From the NCBI GenBank assembly GCA_977030845.1, contig OZ365116.1:17608001-17672000 (forward strand): DNA of 64,000 nucleotides, in the 5' to 3' direction. The notes beneath the pieces are model-generated. The model worked only from the letters and a program-made list of their open reading frames with translations. It did not search any database and was not told where the DNA came from. This DNA is from Fimbriosthenelais zetlandica. Its lineage: Eukaryota. Shown one piece after another: positions 1 through 11,700 of this stretch. How positions within the stretch are numbered: position 1 is the first letter of the stretch; each line of letters opens with the position of its first letter. Made by a program: the position numbers and the translations under genes.

Positions 1-423
1 AAACATAATTGAACATTTTGGGTTTTTGTATATTTTTGTTAATGTATGCGAGGTTTTAGTTAAAATGTTATTATATGAACTGATATGGTTGAACATGTAA
101 ATAATTATGCAATTATGCAACTATGTATTCAATTAATTAATTGAATTATATCGACCACCACACTGTAATGTGGAAATGGTTGAATACTTGATCGTGTCGT
201 ATGTACAAAAACATTCCTCAGAAACGATTAAGAGGGACCTAAAACTAATAAATATTGTAAAATCAACTGTTTTCGGTGAATATTGTCGTGTGTAGTTATT
301 TAATAAAGCCTGACCAACTATCCCACCATACATCAGAAAACTAGATCTTTAATAGAGTGCTTATAAATGTGAATATTCACATTATTAACATCTTTATTTT
401 GAGAACTCCCCAGCCATAGACAT

Positions 424-1320
424 ACCAGTATTCGAACCCGGGTCCCTCCGATTGGGAATGCAACGCTCTACCGACTGAGCTATGTAGGCTGGGACACTCC
501 AAGCATGCACCCCACCCTTCATCCTAGTTATGTCATCCCTTTTGTATAAACCACCTGACCGGGAGGAAAAGCATGACCACCAGCGGGACTCGAACAAGGC
601 ACCTTCAGACTGGAAATCCAACGCCCTACCAATTAAGCCATGAACACTGGTACTGGTAAGCATGCACCCCACCCCTCATAACCTTTATGTAATCCTAGGC
701 CTGAAGACTCCAAACACGGAGGACCAACCCTGGCCACTAGAATGTGGCGTCATCTGGCGGGAAACTACTCGAACTAGGCTAAACACCAGGTGGCAGTGCA
801 ATCTACGTCCCTTTTGTAATCCACCTGACCCGGAAGAAAAAAAAACAACCATGAGCGGGACTCGAACCATCCACCTTCCAATAGGGAACCCAACGTCCTA
901 CCAACTAAGCTATCAAGACTTGCACTCCCCGAGCATGCACCCCATCCCTCATATGCTAGTTATGTAATCCTAGCCTAGAGCTCGGCCTGAAGACTCCAAA
1001 TACGGAGGATCTACTCTGACCACTAGAATGTGGCGCCATCTGACGGGAAACTACCGCTACTAGGCTAAACACCAGGTGGCAGTGCAGTCTACGTCACTTT
1101 TGTAACCCACCTGACCGGGAAGAAAAAGAACAACCACGAGTGGGATTCGAACCAGACACCTTCCGACTGGAAAGCCAACGCCCTACCAACTAAGCTATCA
1201 AGACGGGTACTATCCAAGAATGCACCCCACCCCTCATAAGCTTTATGTAATCCTAGGCCTGAAGACTCCAAACACGGAGGACCTGGCCACTAGAATGTGG
1301 CGTCATCTGGCGGCAAACTG
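424..1320 (-). repeat. Tandem array (about 280-bp unit) of tRNA-Gly-derived SINE-like repeats, 4 tRNA-like heads
   Basis: Minus-strand heads at about 424-494, 578-648, 850-918 and 1135-1205 have an A box (TAGCTCAGTCGG/TAGCTTAGTTGG) and a B box (GGTTCGAATCC-like). Anticodon loops read CCC, TCC, CCC, TCC. Acceptor and T stems are degenerate, so these are not functional tRNAs. The spacer sequence repeats between heads. Confidence 0.8.
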
Positions 1321-1323
1321 AGG

Positions 1324-1744
1324 GAGCTGATAGCGCATCGTACCACGACGCCACCCGCGGCATAAGTGTGAACTATCGCTCAGTGCTAACTCTATGGAAT
1401 AGGGGTTTTCGCCCCTTTTATCAAATATTCAGCAGATGCCTAGCCTCAGACGCCATGTATGCAGGTTGATAGGCCTATACATTTTATCTTTTCATATTTC
1501 GTATTTTGACTCCATCGAAGTCTATTTTCTCTCAGACAACACTCTTTGTATTATACTCCTTTTCGTCAGTGCTAATCCAATGAGAACAAATTTCAGGCAT
1601 CATTTATGAAATAATTAGCCATATGTATACCTAAAACTCTACGTCAGATTGTAGATACACTTTTAATCTATTGTCATGTTTGATTTTGTCCTAATTGAAC
1701 TGTAATTAATGTCAGAAATGGCTCCCGGGAGAGCTGATAGCGCA
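1324..1744. repeat. Dispersed ~400-bp repeat, copy 1, bounded by direct repeats GAGCTGATAGCGC
   Basis: Clearly homologous to 55719-56123 and 59936-60240. The direct repeat lies at 1324-1336 and 1731-1743. Confidence 0.8.
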
Positions 1745-2767
1745 CCAGCACCCAAATTTGCTGGTGCAGAATTAGTGAAAAAGCATCGGTCAGATTTCGT
1801 GTCTGGATCCGGGCCTGTACTCATTTTTATATCTCCTAATTGTTATGTCTACTAATCATCATATCATTTAATATCATTCAAATGTAGTATCCTACAAAGA
1901 CAGGCGGCTGGCCGATATGATGCGTTTATGCATTTCTGATAATAGATGCATATCTTTTCTTCTCATTGGTTCGTACTCAGAGGTTTAATTTTTATATCGC
2001 AACTTTGCGATTACCAGTCATTTTCTTTTAACAAAGTAGCATTTTTCTTCGCAAATTGTAGACATTAGTAGACATAAAACTTTGAAGAGAATAGATTTTG
2101 GAAGACATTTTAATGAAAATGAGACAATACTATGCCTATTTAATGAGTTTAATTTCCTGGACAACAGGGATGTTCCCCGTGCCTCTACTAGCACGCCTCC
2201 TGGTAGGAGTGAGAGGCAGCTGTTACCCACTCCCACACCTCCTGCTTCTCCCTCTCCTGCTAGTAGCGTCAGAGGCTCTCTCTACCTCTGTGAAGCACAG
2301 ACCTCAGTGAGAGCACCTCAGGCCGTCCACGAGCTACTCGCTCTCTCCCATCAGGGCAATACAATTACACAGCAGCCTCAAAGTGGTAACCCTAGGTTCA
2401 ATACATAGGCAATAGCACCTTCTACCCCTTCTCCTTCACTCTGAGAGGGCGCAGAAATAGAAACTCGAGTGAAGGAGAGTGGACTAAAGGAACAGGACAT
2501 TTTCCTTCTATTGACAGATAAGCGAGTGCTATTCCACATCTTCCATCGCCTATTAGTTCACGCGAGGTTCGACTCTCAATTGAATGTTGGAAATTTCCAA
2601 TCAAGATTAGGCCTAACTTTAAGGGGTGCGATCTAAGATTAACATTTATTGGGAAGTAATCTCTCCAGGAGAAATATAGTCCTAACCAGGATTTGGCATT
2701 GCAGCAGGTCTGCAAGACTGAGATTTGATAGAATAATAGGAAATAATTCCAGTAATAAGCACACAAG

Positions 2768-5700
2768 ATGAGTATGGACGACTTATTGACTAAAATTGGA
2801 GGATTTGGAGTTTTTCAGCGTCGCGTTGTATTCTTGTTGTGTTTAGTGAGTTTACCAGAGGTAGTACACAGACTGGAATACCTTTTCTGGGCTTCTACAC
2901 CTGAGTTCTCCTGCATCATCCCAGCTAAATACAAGCAAGGCGACCCATCCCAGTCAACCATAGATCAAGGCAATAACGCCTCCAACAGGTCAAAGAGGGA
3001 CATTATAGTCGGGCTGGACGATGACTCTGAAACGGTGGCTTTAAAGGACTACAGGTGCTTCATGCACGTCCTTAAAGAGATGGATGAGACAGAGGCCAAG
3101 GCAAGTGAGGCAAAAGATGAGAATGGACATTCCTTACTTCCCACTCCTTCAATTCCAGGGCATCCCCATGGGTCCATCCCAAGCACAGAGAAGCCAAGGC
3201 GTGAACGAGAGGGTGGAGGTGATGAGAAAGTTCTACTGCCGTGTGAGAACTGGGAGTACAATACTACCCTGCACGGGGATACCATTGTTAGCAAGGTCAG
3301 CTCATTTCTATTTCGTTGAGGGGAAAGGGTGGAGATGAATGGAAATGCCTTTCAAATTAGGCTTATTGTCCCAATGTCTACAATATCCCTACACTACCCC
3401 ACAAGGCAATGCTTCCTGGTTTGTAAATAAAGCTATATAGCCAGTGCTGCCCTTGACAACATTCATCAACAAAACAATTTAATATCTGTAGATATACTGT
3501 ATTTTATGAACCTGACATTTCTCCACAATATTAACTGCCATTCCAGTTTCCGGATATTCACAATACTACACAATGATAAGGTAATAATATAGACCACTGT
3601 TCTTGCCCCATGCAGCTGTCATTTTCCCTTAGGTACCCCACAAAAACAAATCTTTTCTGCAGATGAATGCGTGATGCAGGGAAGTATTTATTTTTCCCAT
3701 ACCCGTATATTGAAGGGTCCACCTCGAAGAATAAGGAAGCGACTATAAGTTTACCCACGGGGGATGCCTGGAGTTTTTGTCTGGCAAATTTTATTCATCT
3801 CAGAACACAGATATTTTATTTATTTCTTATTAAGACGAGCCTGAAATATTTATGAATTCGGGTTTCCATATCTGTCTGTGTCACTCTAATGAGGATAATA
3901 TATATTCACCGTCCCTTGTGTCATATTTATTTCATCCATATTCCCCACAAAATTATTTTTTTAAAACCTCCAGCCCCTTCCCCTACTCCCCACAGTATTC
4001 TAATGGTGGCCCCCTAATGACTGAGTGTGTAAACCTCATGAGGGTACAATGTAAGCCTACTGGAATGATTGAATAGGCTTAACACACTCCTTTAATCCAC
4101 TATGCCATGAACCTCCCTTGAGATCACTGTCACACAATTATAGAAGATAGTAAATGATTTCCCACAGGAAATTCTCTTACCGGGACATGGAATATCCAAC
4201 GTCTCTGTCGCAGCGTATGAGATTCCCTGTAAGAAGAGAAGTGACAATGTAAATTTCAGCTCCGATAACATTTAACATTTCGAAATGATGTATTTATATT
4301 CAGTTGTATTACGATTTTCTCTGTTTTTTACCTGAAAAGTATCGCATGCTCCATTACCAAGTTTAAGGCAATTTTGATAGATTTTAAATTGGTTACTGAA
4401 TACAAATATTAATCTCTTGGGTAAATTTGAAATACTGCCTTTCAAAACCATAGCGTACGAAGCGCAGGAGGCTGCTATTTTATCAGACATGTCTGGGGTG
4501 GTTTTGATGTCTCAGAACCATATTAGACATCTTTTTGTTTGACGGCCATCACTGGCAACTTTTTGAATGGCACTAAAACATGTCGATTTGCAAGAGACAA
4601 ATGTCTTCATCATTTAATGTGGCAATGAGAAGGAAATGAGACATTGCTGACTCAGGGATGGGTGATGAAAAAGCTGATGTTGATACTGGCTGAAAGTACA
4701 TGAAAAAAATACACAACAAAAGCCCTCCACTGTTTACTTAAACCTCAGGAGAAATATGAGCCTTTTATGATCCTACCATTAAGGTCAACTCTTCCCTTAA
4801 CATTATTTAATCAATTTGTCAATTTTCTGAAAGCATCATTGGTAAAAATCTCTCTCCAACCATGTGAGCATTAAAGCTAGCATTTTGCCTAGTGATGGAT
4901 ATTGATGGTGAATGGACAGGCTTGTCCGTAAAATGGAGTGATGGCGGCAGACAGTGGTGGCAAGATAAACACATTATGCTACTCCCTGGTGACCATCTAT
5001 AACATTCTATCATAGGTGGATCCATTAGATCTAGGTCAGTTTGGAGAGTTTTATGTATGAGGCTCTTTGACCGGTGATTAATCTCGCCTGGCTACGTTAA
5101 CAATACGGCTACGGCTGTAGGGGAGAGGGTTAAGTGCTAGCTGCCAGCCAATGAAAACAGGGCGCTGATGGATGCAAGAAAAAATCATGATCAGCCACCA
5201 AACAAATAATTAATTAGATTAATGGCTTAAGGGATAGTGGTACTTTAGGCAAACATTATGGAGAATGATGTTACTCTAATGATGCTTTGATAAATTAATA
5301 TTGAAGAGGGATTAATTAAGTAGGCTACATATAGTTGGATAAGAAATGTTTGGAAGTTCCATCCTAGTAAATGTACAACAATATATATATAGAGAAAAGA
5401 TAAAAGAAAAGATATAGAGCTGTGTTAAGGTATAGGAAGGAAAATGAATGCAACCTACCAAGTTAAGTGTTGGAATGGACAGGTACATTCTGGATGTCTG
5501 GGAAAAGTCTGAAGTATGTCTGCAAAACCACTTTGTAAAGAGCAGGAACAGCACACGTAATTCACCCTGTGAAATGTCTGACTGATGATCATCTCCATGG
5601 ATCACTGGCACTTGATTTGATGCCATGGTGATCTCTATTGATGAGTGTCACTTGGTTTGATGATCTCTATTGATGGGTGTCACTTGGTTTGATGATCTCT

Positions 5701-8700
5701 ATTGATGAGTGTCACTTGGTTTGATGATCTCTATTGATCAGTGTCACTTGGTTTGATGATGATCTCTATTGATCAGTGTCACTGGGTTTGATGATGATAT
5801 CTATTGATCAGTGTCACTTGGTTTGATGATGGTCTCCATTGATCATATGCACTTGATTTGATGATCTCCATTGATCAGAGGGATTTGATTTGATGATCTC
5901 TACTGATCAGAGGGATTTGATTTGATGATGATCTCGATTGATCAGATGCACTTGATTTGATGATCTCCATTGATCAGAGGCACTTGATTTGATGATGATC
6001 TCCATTGATCAGATGCACTTGATTTGATGATGATCAGAGCAGGCAGGACACACGTAAATCCACTCAAAAGAGAAACACATTCCCGGGTCAGATATAGGCT
6101 GCCTTAATTGGGTCATTGACCCCACATGATCTTGGCAGGATTATTATATAAAACTAACACACAAAACACTTATAACACTTGATTTGATGATCTCCATTGA
6201 TCAGAGGCACTTGATTTGATGATGATCTCCATTGATCAAATGCACTTGATTTGATGATGATCTCCATTGATCAAATGCACTTGATTTGATTATGATCTCC
6301 ATTGATCAGAGCAGGCAGGACACACGTAAATCCACTCAAAAGAGAAACACATTCCCGGGTCAGATATAGGCTGCCTTAATTAGGTCATTGACCCCACATG
6401 ATCTTGGCAGGATTATTATATAAAACTAACACACAAAACACTTATAACACTTGATTTGATGATCTCCATTGATCAGAGGGATTTGATTTGATGATGATCT
6501 CCATGATGATCTCCATTGATCAGAGCAGGCGGGACACACGTAAATCCACTCAAAAGAGAAACAATCCCGGGTCAGATATAGGCTGCCTTAATTAGGTCAT
6601 TGACCCCACATGATCTTGGCAGGATTATTATATATAACTAACACACAAAACACATATAACACTTGATTAGATGATCTCCATTGATCAGAGGCACTTGATT
6701 TGAAGATGATCTCCATTGATCAGATGCACTTGATTTGAAGATGATCTCCATTGATCAGATGCACTTGATTTGAAGATGATCTCCATTGATCAGATGCACT
6801 TGGTTTGAAGATGATCAGATGCACTTGGTTTGAAGATATCCATTGACCATTGATGTAGGATGGAATCAGGAGGCTGATGTATGGTTTGGCTAGCATCTTC
6901 TCAGTCAGGCGTTCGTTTCTTTCAAAGTGTCCTTCACATGGTTGGATTCCTAGAGAAACAAACATAGTGATTGTTTCAAGCATTCACAAAACAACTTTTT
7001 TCATCATAGGACTCATCCATCAGTTAAATAACAGCGACAAATTATGGCTTCTTAAATTAAATTACTGACCTTACAGTCATTGTATTGTGATTGGGTATGC
7101 TGGCCCCTGGGCGGGTCTACTGCATTTCAGTCAGTCATGGCTGTACTGGCTCTCGTGCCTGTAAAACTAAATTCAAGAAAATTCATTATTCAAAATCCTG
7201 ATGAAGGGCAACCTGCCGAAATATACATGTATTGATAAGACTCTTACAACCTTATTATCACAAGGTAACAGGTAATCTGACATGAAACATCTGACATGAA
7301 TGGTCGCCTTCCCTCTACTACTTACTAAATTCATTATTTTTTCAGGGAACTGGAATCCAATTTTTTTTTAATAATTTGTAGACAAATATAGGCCTATTCT
7401 AGTACTGGATATGACCCCCCAGCCTCCCAATGTTATCAGTATTCTGACTAAAATCTGACTAAAGATGCCGGACCTGTAGCAGCTGCCTAATTCCGATGAG
7501 AAATTGATCTTTCCCATCACAGTTTTGTCTAAAATGATACGGGAATCTTACCATACCGTATTATAAGTTAGTATTATCAATTACAATCTGATAGGAACCT
7601 GTATTCAACATCAAAAATCAGTTATTTACAGCCCTATAGGCGCGACTGTATGTTTATGTAATCACGTCTTCCTGTCCGTAACGGTACCAACTTTGGGACC
7701 CTCTATATCTTCATAAAACCAATGGTACACCTCAAATATCAGCACAGAAATAATCTTCAGTGTGCCTAGAAACTTCCTCCACCAAAAATCTAGTATATTT
7801 ATCAATCCCCACCCAAGGTTTTGCTTCTCAAATGTTATCGGTTGTTTTCTAACTAAAATTTTCAAGATGGCGGACCTGAAGCATGTGCTCTCATTCCCAT
7901 GGTCGCGGTTCATCTTTTGAGCCTTATAAAGTTTTTCGAAGTCTTTCAATCCAAATTTTACAATAAAACAGTGCAGCGAGACTTACTTTACCTTATTATC
8001 AATCATTCGATCTGAGGAATCGTAGATATATGGCATTCCCACGTCATTTTCTTACCAGCGTGCAGTGAATTCTTCTCGAATGCACCTGGGACCGGACCTG
8101 ACGTCACGGGCGGTACATGCCTGAGCCGACTTGACAAGCGCTTGCAGCCACCCAAGACCCCACACCCAACCAGTCCTCCCAACCTCCCCCGACTTGTCAA
8201 ATTTAAAATATTTAAATATTTTAAATGTACTTTTTATGATATTACTTGATACTTAAATTAAACACGTTCAATACGTTGGGCCTAAAAATGATTATTTGGG
8301 CTTATAGCTATTAGTAAATAGGCCTAATGGAAAAAGTAGCCTAGGTCTAGAAACTAGCTAGGCCTACAAAAACTATCCGTACTAAGTAGCCTACTTAAGG
8401 GCTATATTAGGTTTTCCCAGCTCTACAGGCCTTTTATCATGGATAAGCTGTAGAGTGTATGGCCTACAGACGTGAAACCCAGTCTAATTATTATATTTAC
8501 CAAGAACTTGTACATTTTCGCCATAATATAATTTCTGCCCCCAATCAAGTGCTATTCCATTTACATTTATCTTTTGCTCATTGATAGATAGAGAAAAAAA
8601 AATCCCCACCAAAGAACGTTCTCCTCAACCCCCAAGTACTTATAAATGCCAAAAAATGCTAGCCTTTATTCCCTTTTAGGTGTTGTTATCTGAAAAACCA

Positions 8701-11700
8701 CCTATTCTAACTGGGCTCCTAGAGTTCAGGCCAATTTTAGCTGTATTCTAGGAAGTGTGGGTTAATGTATAGGAAAGATGTTGTAGGCAGCACCATGGAT
8801 GCCCCTCCCATGTTATATATTGTCAACACAAATCAACCGAAATAGGACTGAAGAAACATGTACATTGTTAGGGTTTCATCCAATTATGGATCAGTGCAAC
8901 CCTTAATATAGATCTATGTAGGCTAGTGTACGAGAGAACAAGTCAAGAATATGAGGAGAACAAGAGATGATGGGCATTATGCTCTATGGTATAAAACGTG
9001 AAGGTCTATATATAATCGTAAACCCATGCTACTAATAAAGTGAAATGTCCAATATAAATGCATCACTAATTTCTCAATAGACATGTACCCGAGTTCTCAA
9101 GAACTTCTCTTTATATTAAAGCAATTTAATTTTAAGCATTCACTGTAAAACAGGTCATGTAGGCTAATTGCCACCCTCTCATTCCAGTCCAATCCATCCT
9201 TCAAGTGAAGATGAGTTACTTAGGAAGTGGAGTTCCATCCATGTTCCCGTCAGTAATCTCTTTACCCTTTTCAGACTGGCCCTCCTCCAATGAGCTATGG
9301 ACCTAAATATAGAAAGAACAAGCTATAAGAGCAGCTCAATAATGCCAATGAGACCTCCTATGAACGGACAGTCAAATGCTGGCATTTCTTCAGATATATA
9401 TTTTGTCACTTTCCTGAAAATGACATCGGCAAAATGTACATAGTTTTATTCATGTATTTGGTGCAACTGATATCCACTGATACATTTATATTTATAAGGA
9501 TTAGGCATAGGCATATATGTACAGAATTCATCTACCCACAAACCTTAATTGCCTCTAGATTTGTAGCTGTGAATATAACATAGAATGCCTTCTTTTCCCC
9601 TTTCTCTTAAAGGCTCAACTTATTTTCTATTTCTTTGTCTTCTCACGTCCTCTTGAGCACACAGATGGAACTAGGCCGTATGTTGACCGTACATGATCTA
9701 GCCTGTATGCGCCAGGCAGTAGTAGTATACACGTGGGGGTCCGGCTCAGGTACCTGCGGACAGGGACCATGTAAAAGGGTCCCATTCAGTATTGTTTGTC
9801 TGAACATCAACCTCCACAAAGGTGGTCCCATACAGGACGCATCTGACAGGGAGTAACTCATGTTCAACCCAGGTCAACATTTTAGCTATCGACAGTCCAT
9901 TGAACCATCCTAAATACTTCCTTCAGTTTCCACCATGGTTTAATATTCTTATGGTATATATTAGCGGGATAGACTAATATGCACATGCACTGATCTGTGG
10001 ACTTTGGTGTACATGTATACACACAAGAATACGAGAAAAAATCAAACAGACGGGAGTCCTATAGTCTGTGGCAGTTTACGCTCTTTTATTTGAATCTTAT
10101 TTGGAGAGCAATCTATCTGCTTTGTATCAGAAAGGATGATTTTGTTGTTCCCTTGAGCCATAGGTTTAATTATTCATGACTACTGAATGCAGCAGCTGCG
10201 GTATAGGAGACAATTCCATTGGGACCGACCATTACAAGATTTGCTAGCAATGTTTGCCAAGATGAGCAAACATTCAAAGGTACACAATGATTTCCTCAGG
10301 TAGCAGCTGAGGTAGGTCTGCTGAGATTTTTTCAAGTGAGGAATAGACTGCCCTTAATGGGGTGCCAATAACTCTATTATCTAATATGCGAACTGCCATT
10401 AAGTGTTTTATTCTGTTGAGTCCCATTGAACCTTAGCTCATGAAACAGACCGCCTCTTAATGCTATATGGTGGGGAACCATTTTCCCTAAGTAGATCCAA
10501 TAGCGGAATTCAATAGTCCTACATGTTTTCTCTTCGACACAACTAAATTGAGAACACAGAAAAAAATATATAATATAAAATTCTAAGTTAAATTTTAACT
10601 GTTGTAGGGAAATCAGTCTCTTTTCTTCCCTTTCAAGGAGAGGGTATTGATGCTAAAGAACCTTTACAGGCGGCTATGCATTGACCTGAGCTGAGTTCTT
10701 ATGTACAGATAGGCCTATGGGATAACTAATGATGCAGATAAACTCCTGGCAAATGTGTAAGCCACACTACAAATACAATGATTAATGACAGAATATCCGA
10801 GTCACATGAGACTAACGTTTTTTTATGTAGTTCTGAATGATGTTCATATAATATATTTTCTAGGCATTTCTGCATCTGATCCATCCATCTCATAGAACAT
10901 TGTGTGCATATATATCTCTATAATTCAGTTCTATAATTGAACGTTTCTATTATACATGAGTCTGCACAATGTTATCTGACTACGGGAAGTGAATTTTAGC
11001 CGTTGTCCTCTATACTTCCCTGACCTAACATGGACAAATATCCACGGGGGCGTGTTCAATGATTTATGATGAGGGCTTCCTCTGACCTTTTATCTAATGG
11101 TGATGTTGCCTTGCTGCTTGTTATGAGTCTCAAAACATAAACCACAACTGGCCTCATACCATTAATTCTTATCCTTTGATGGTTTATAATCTATGACTAC
11201 ATTATTACAGCGAATTATTACTCGTTCATGGGATATTTAAGAGTGGAAATAACCATAGAAAAGGCAAGGTCAAGCATATAAACTCTGTGTCCAATCTATA
11301 CGCATCCTCCCTTGGTAGGACCAGATGTAGTCACATAGAGTTTCTAACGAGTGGGAGACAGCCTGCCGTGGGAGGATGATCTATACGGTACTATAAGGTA
11401 TATGTGATAATAGTCTGTGTGCCCTGTCTTGTCTCAAACTTCCATCAATTCTTCCATCAATTCTCATTAATAATAGCTATAGAAGAAGACAAATAGGGTC
11501 CATAATCAGCTATGGCTGATGTATATATATCACTGGTATATATCTCGTAGACCATACTTCCTTCCTTATCATCCTTTATTTTTAAAAAACATATAAATGC
11601 AGCACACACAAAATATGTTCATAAAACACTAATCTGTGGTATTTCGAGGCAGTCGTTATGAATATCATTTCCTTAAAATGAAAGGGAACAAAGATGACTT

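Noticed and set aside
424-1205. Four functional tRNA-Gly genes
   Set aside because: Acceptor, anticodon and T stems have multiple mismatches; treated as SINE-like heads.
4023-4089. Three-way-junction fold, plus a 26-bp AT palindrome at 8201-8226
   Set aside because: No conserved RNA-family motif; single copies; explainable by chance in AT-rich DNA.
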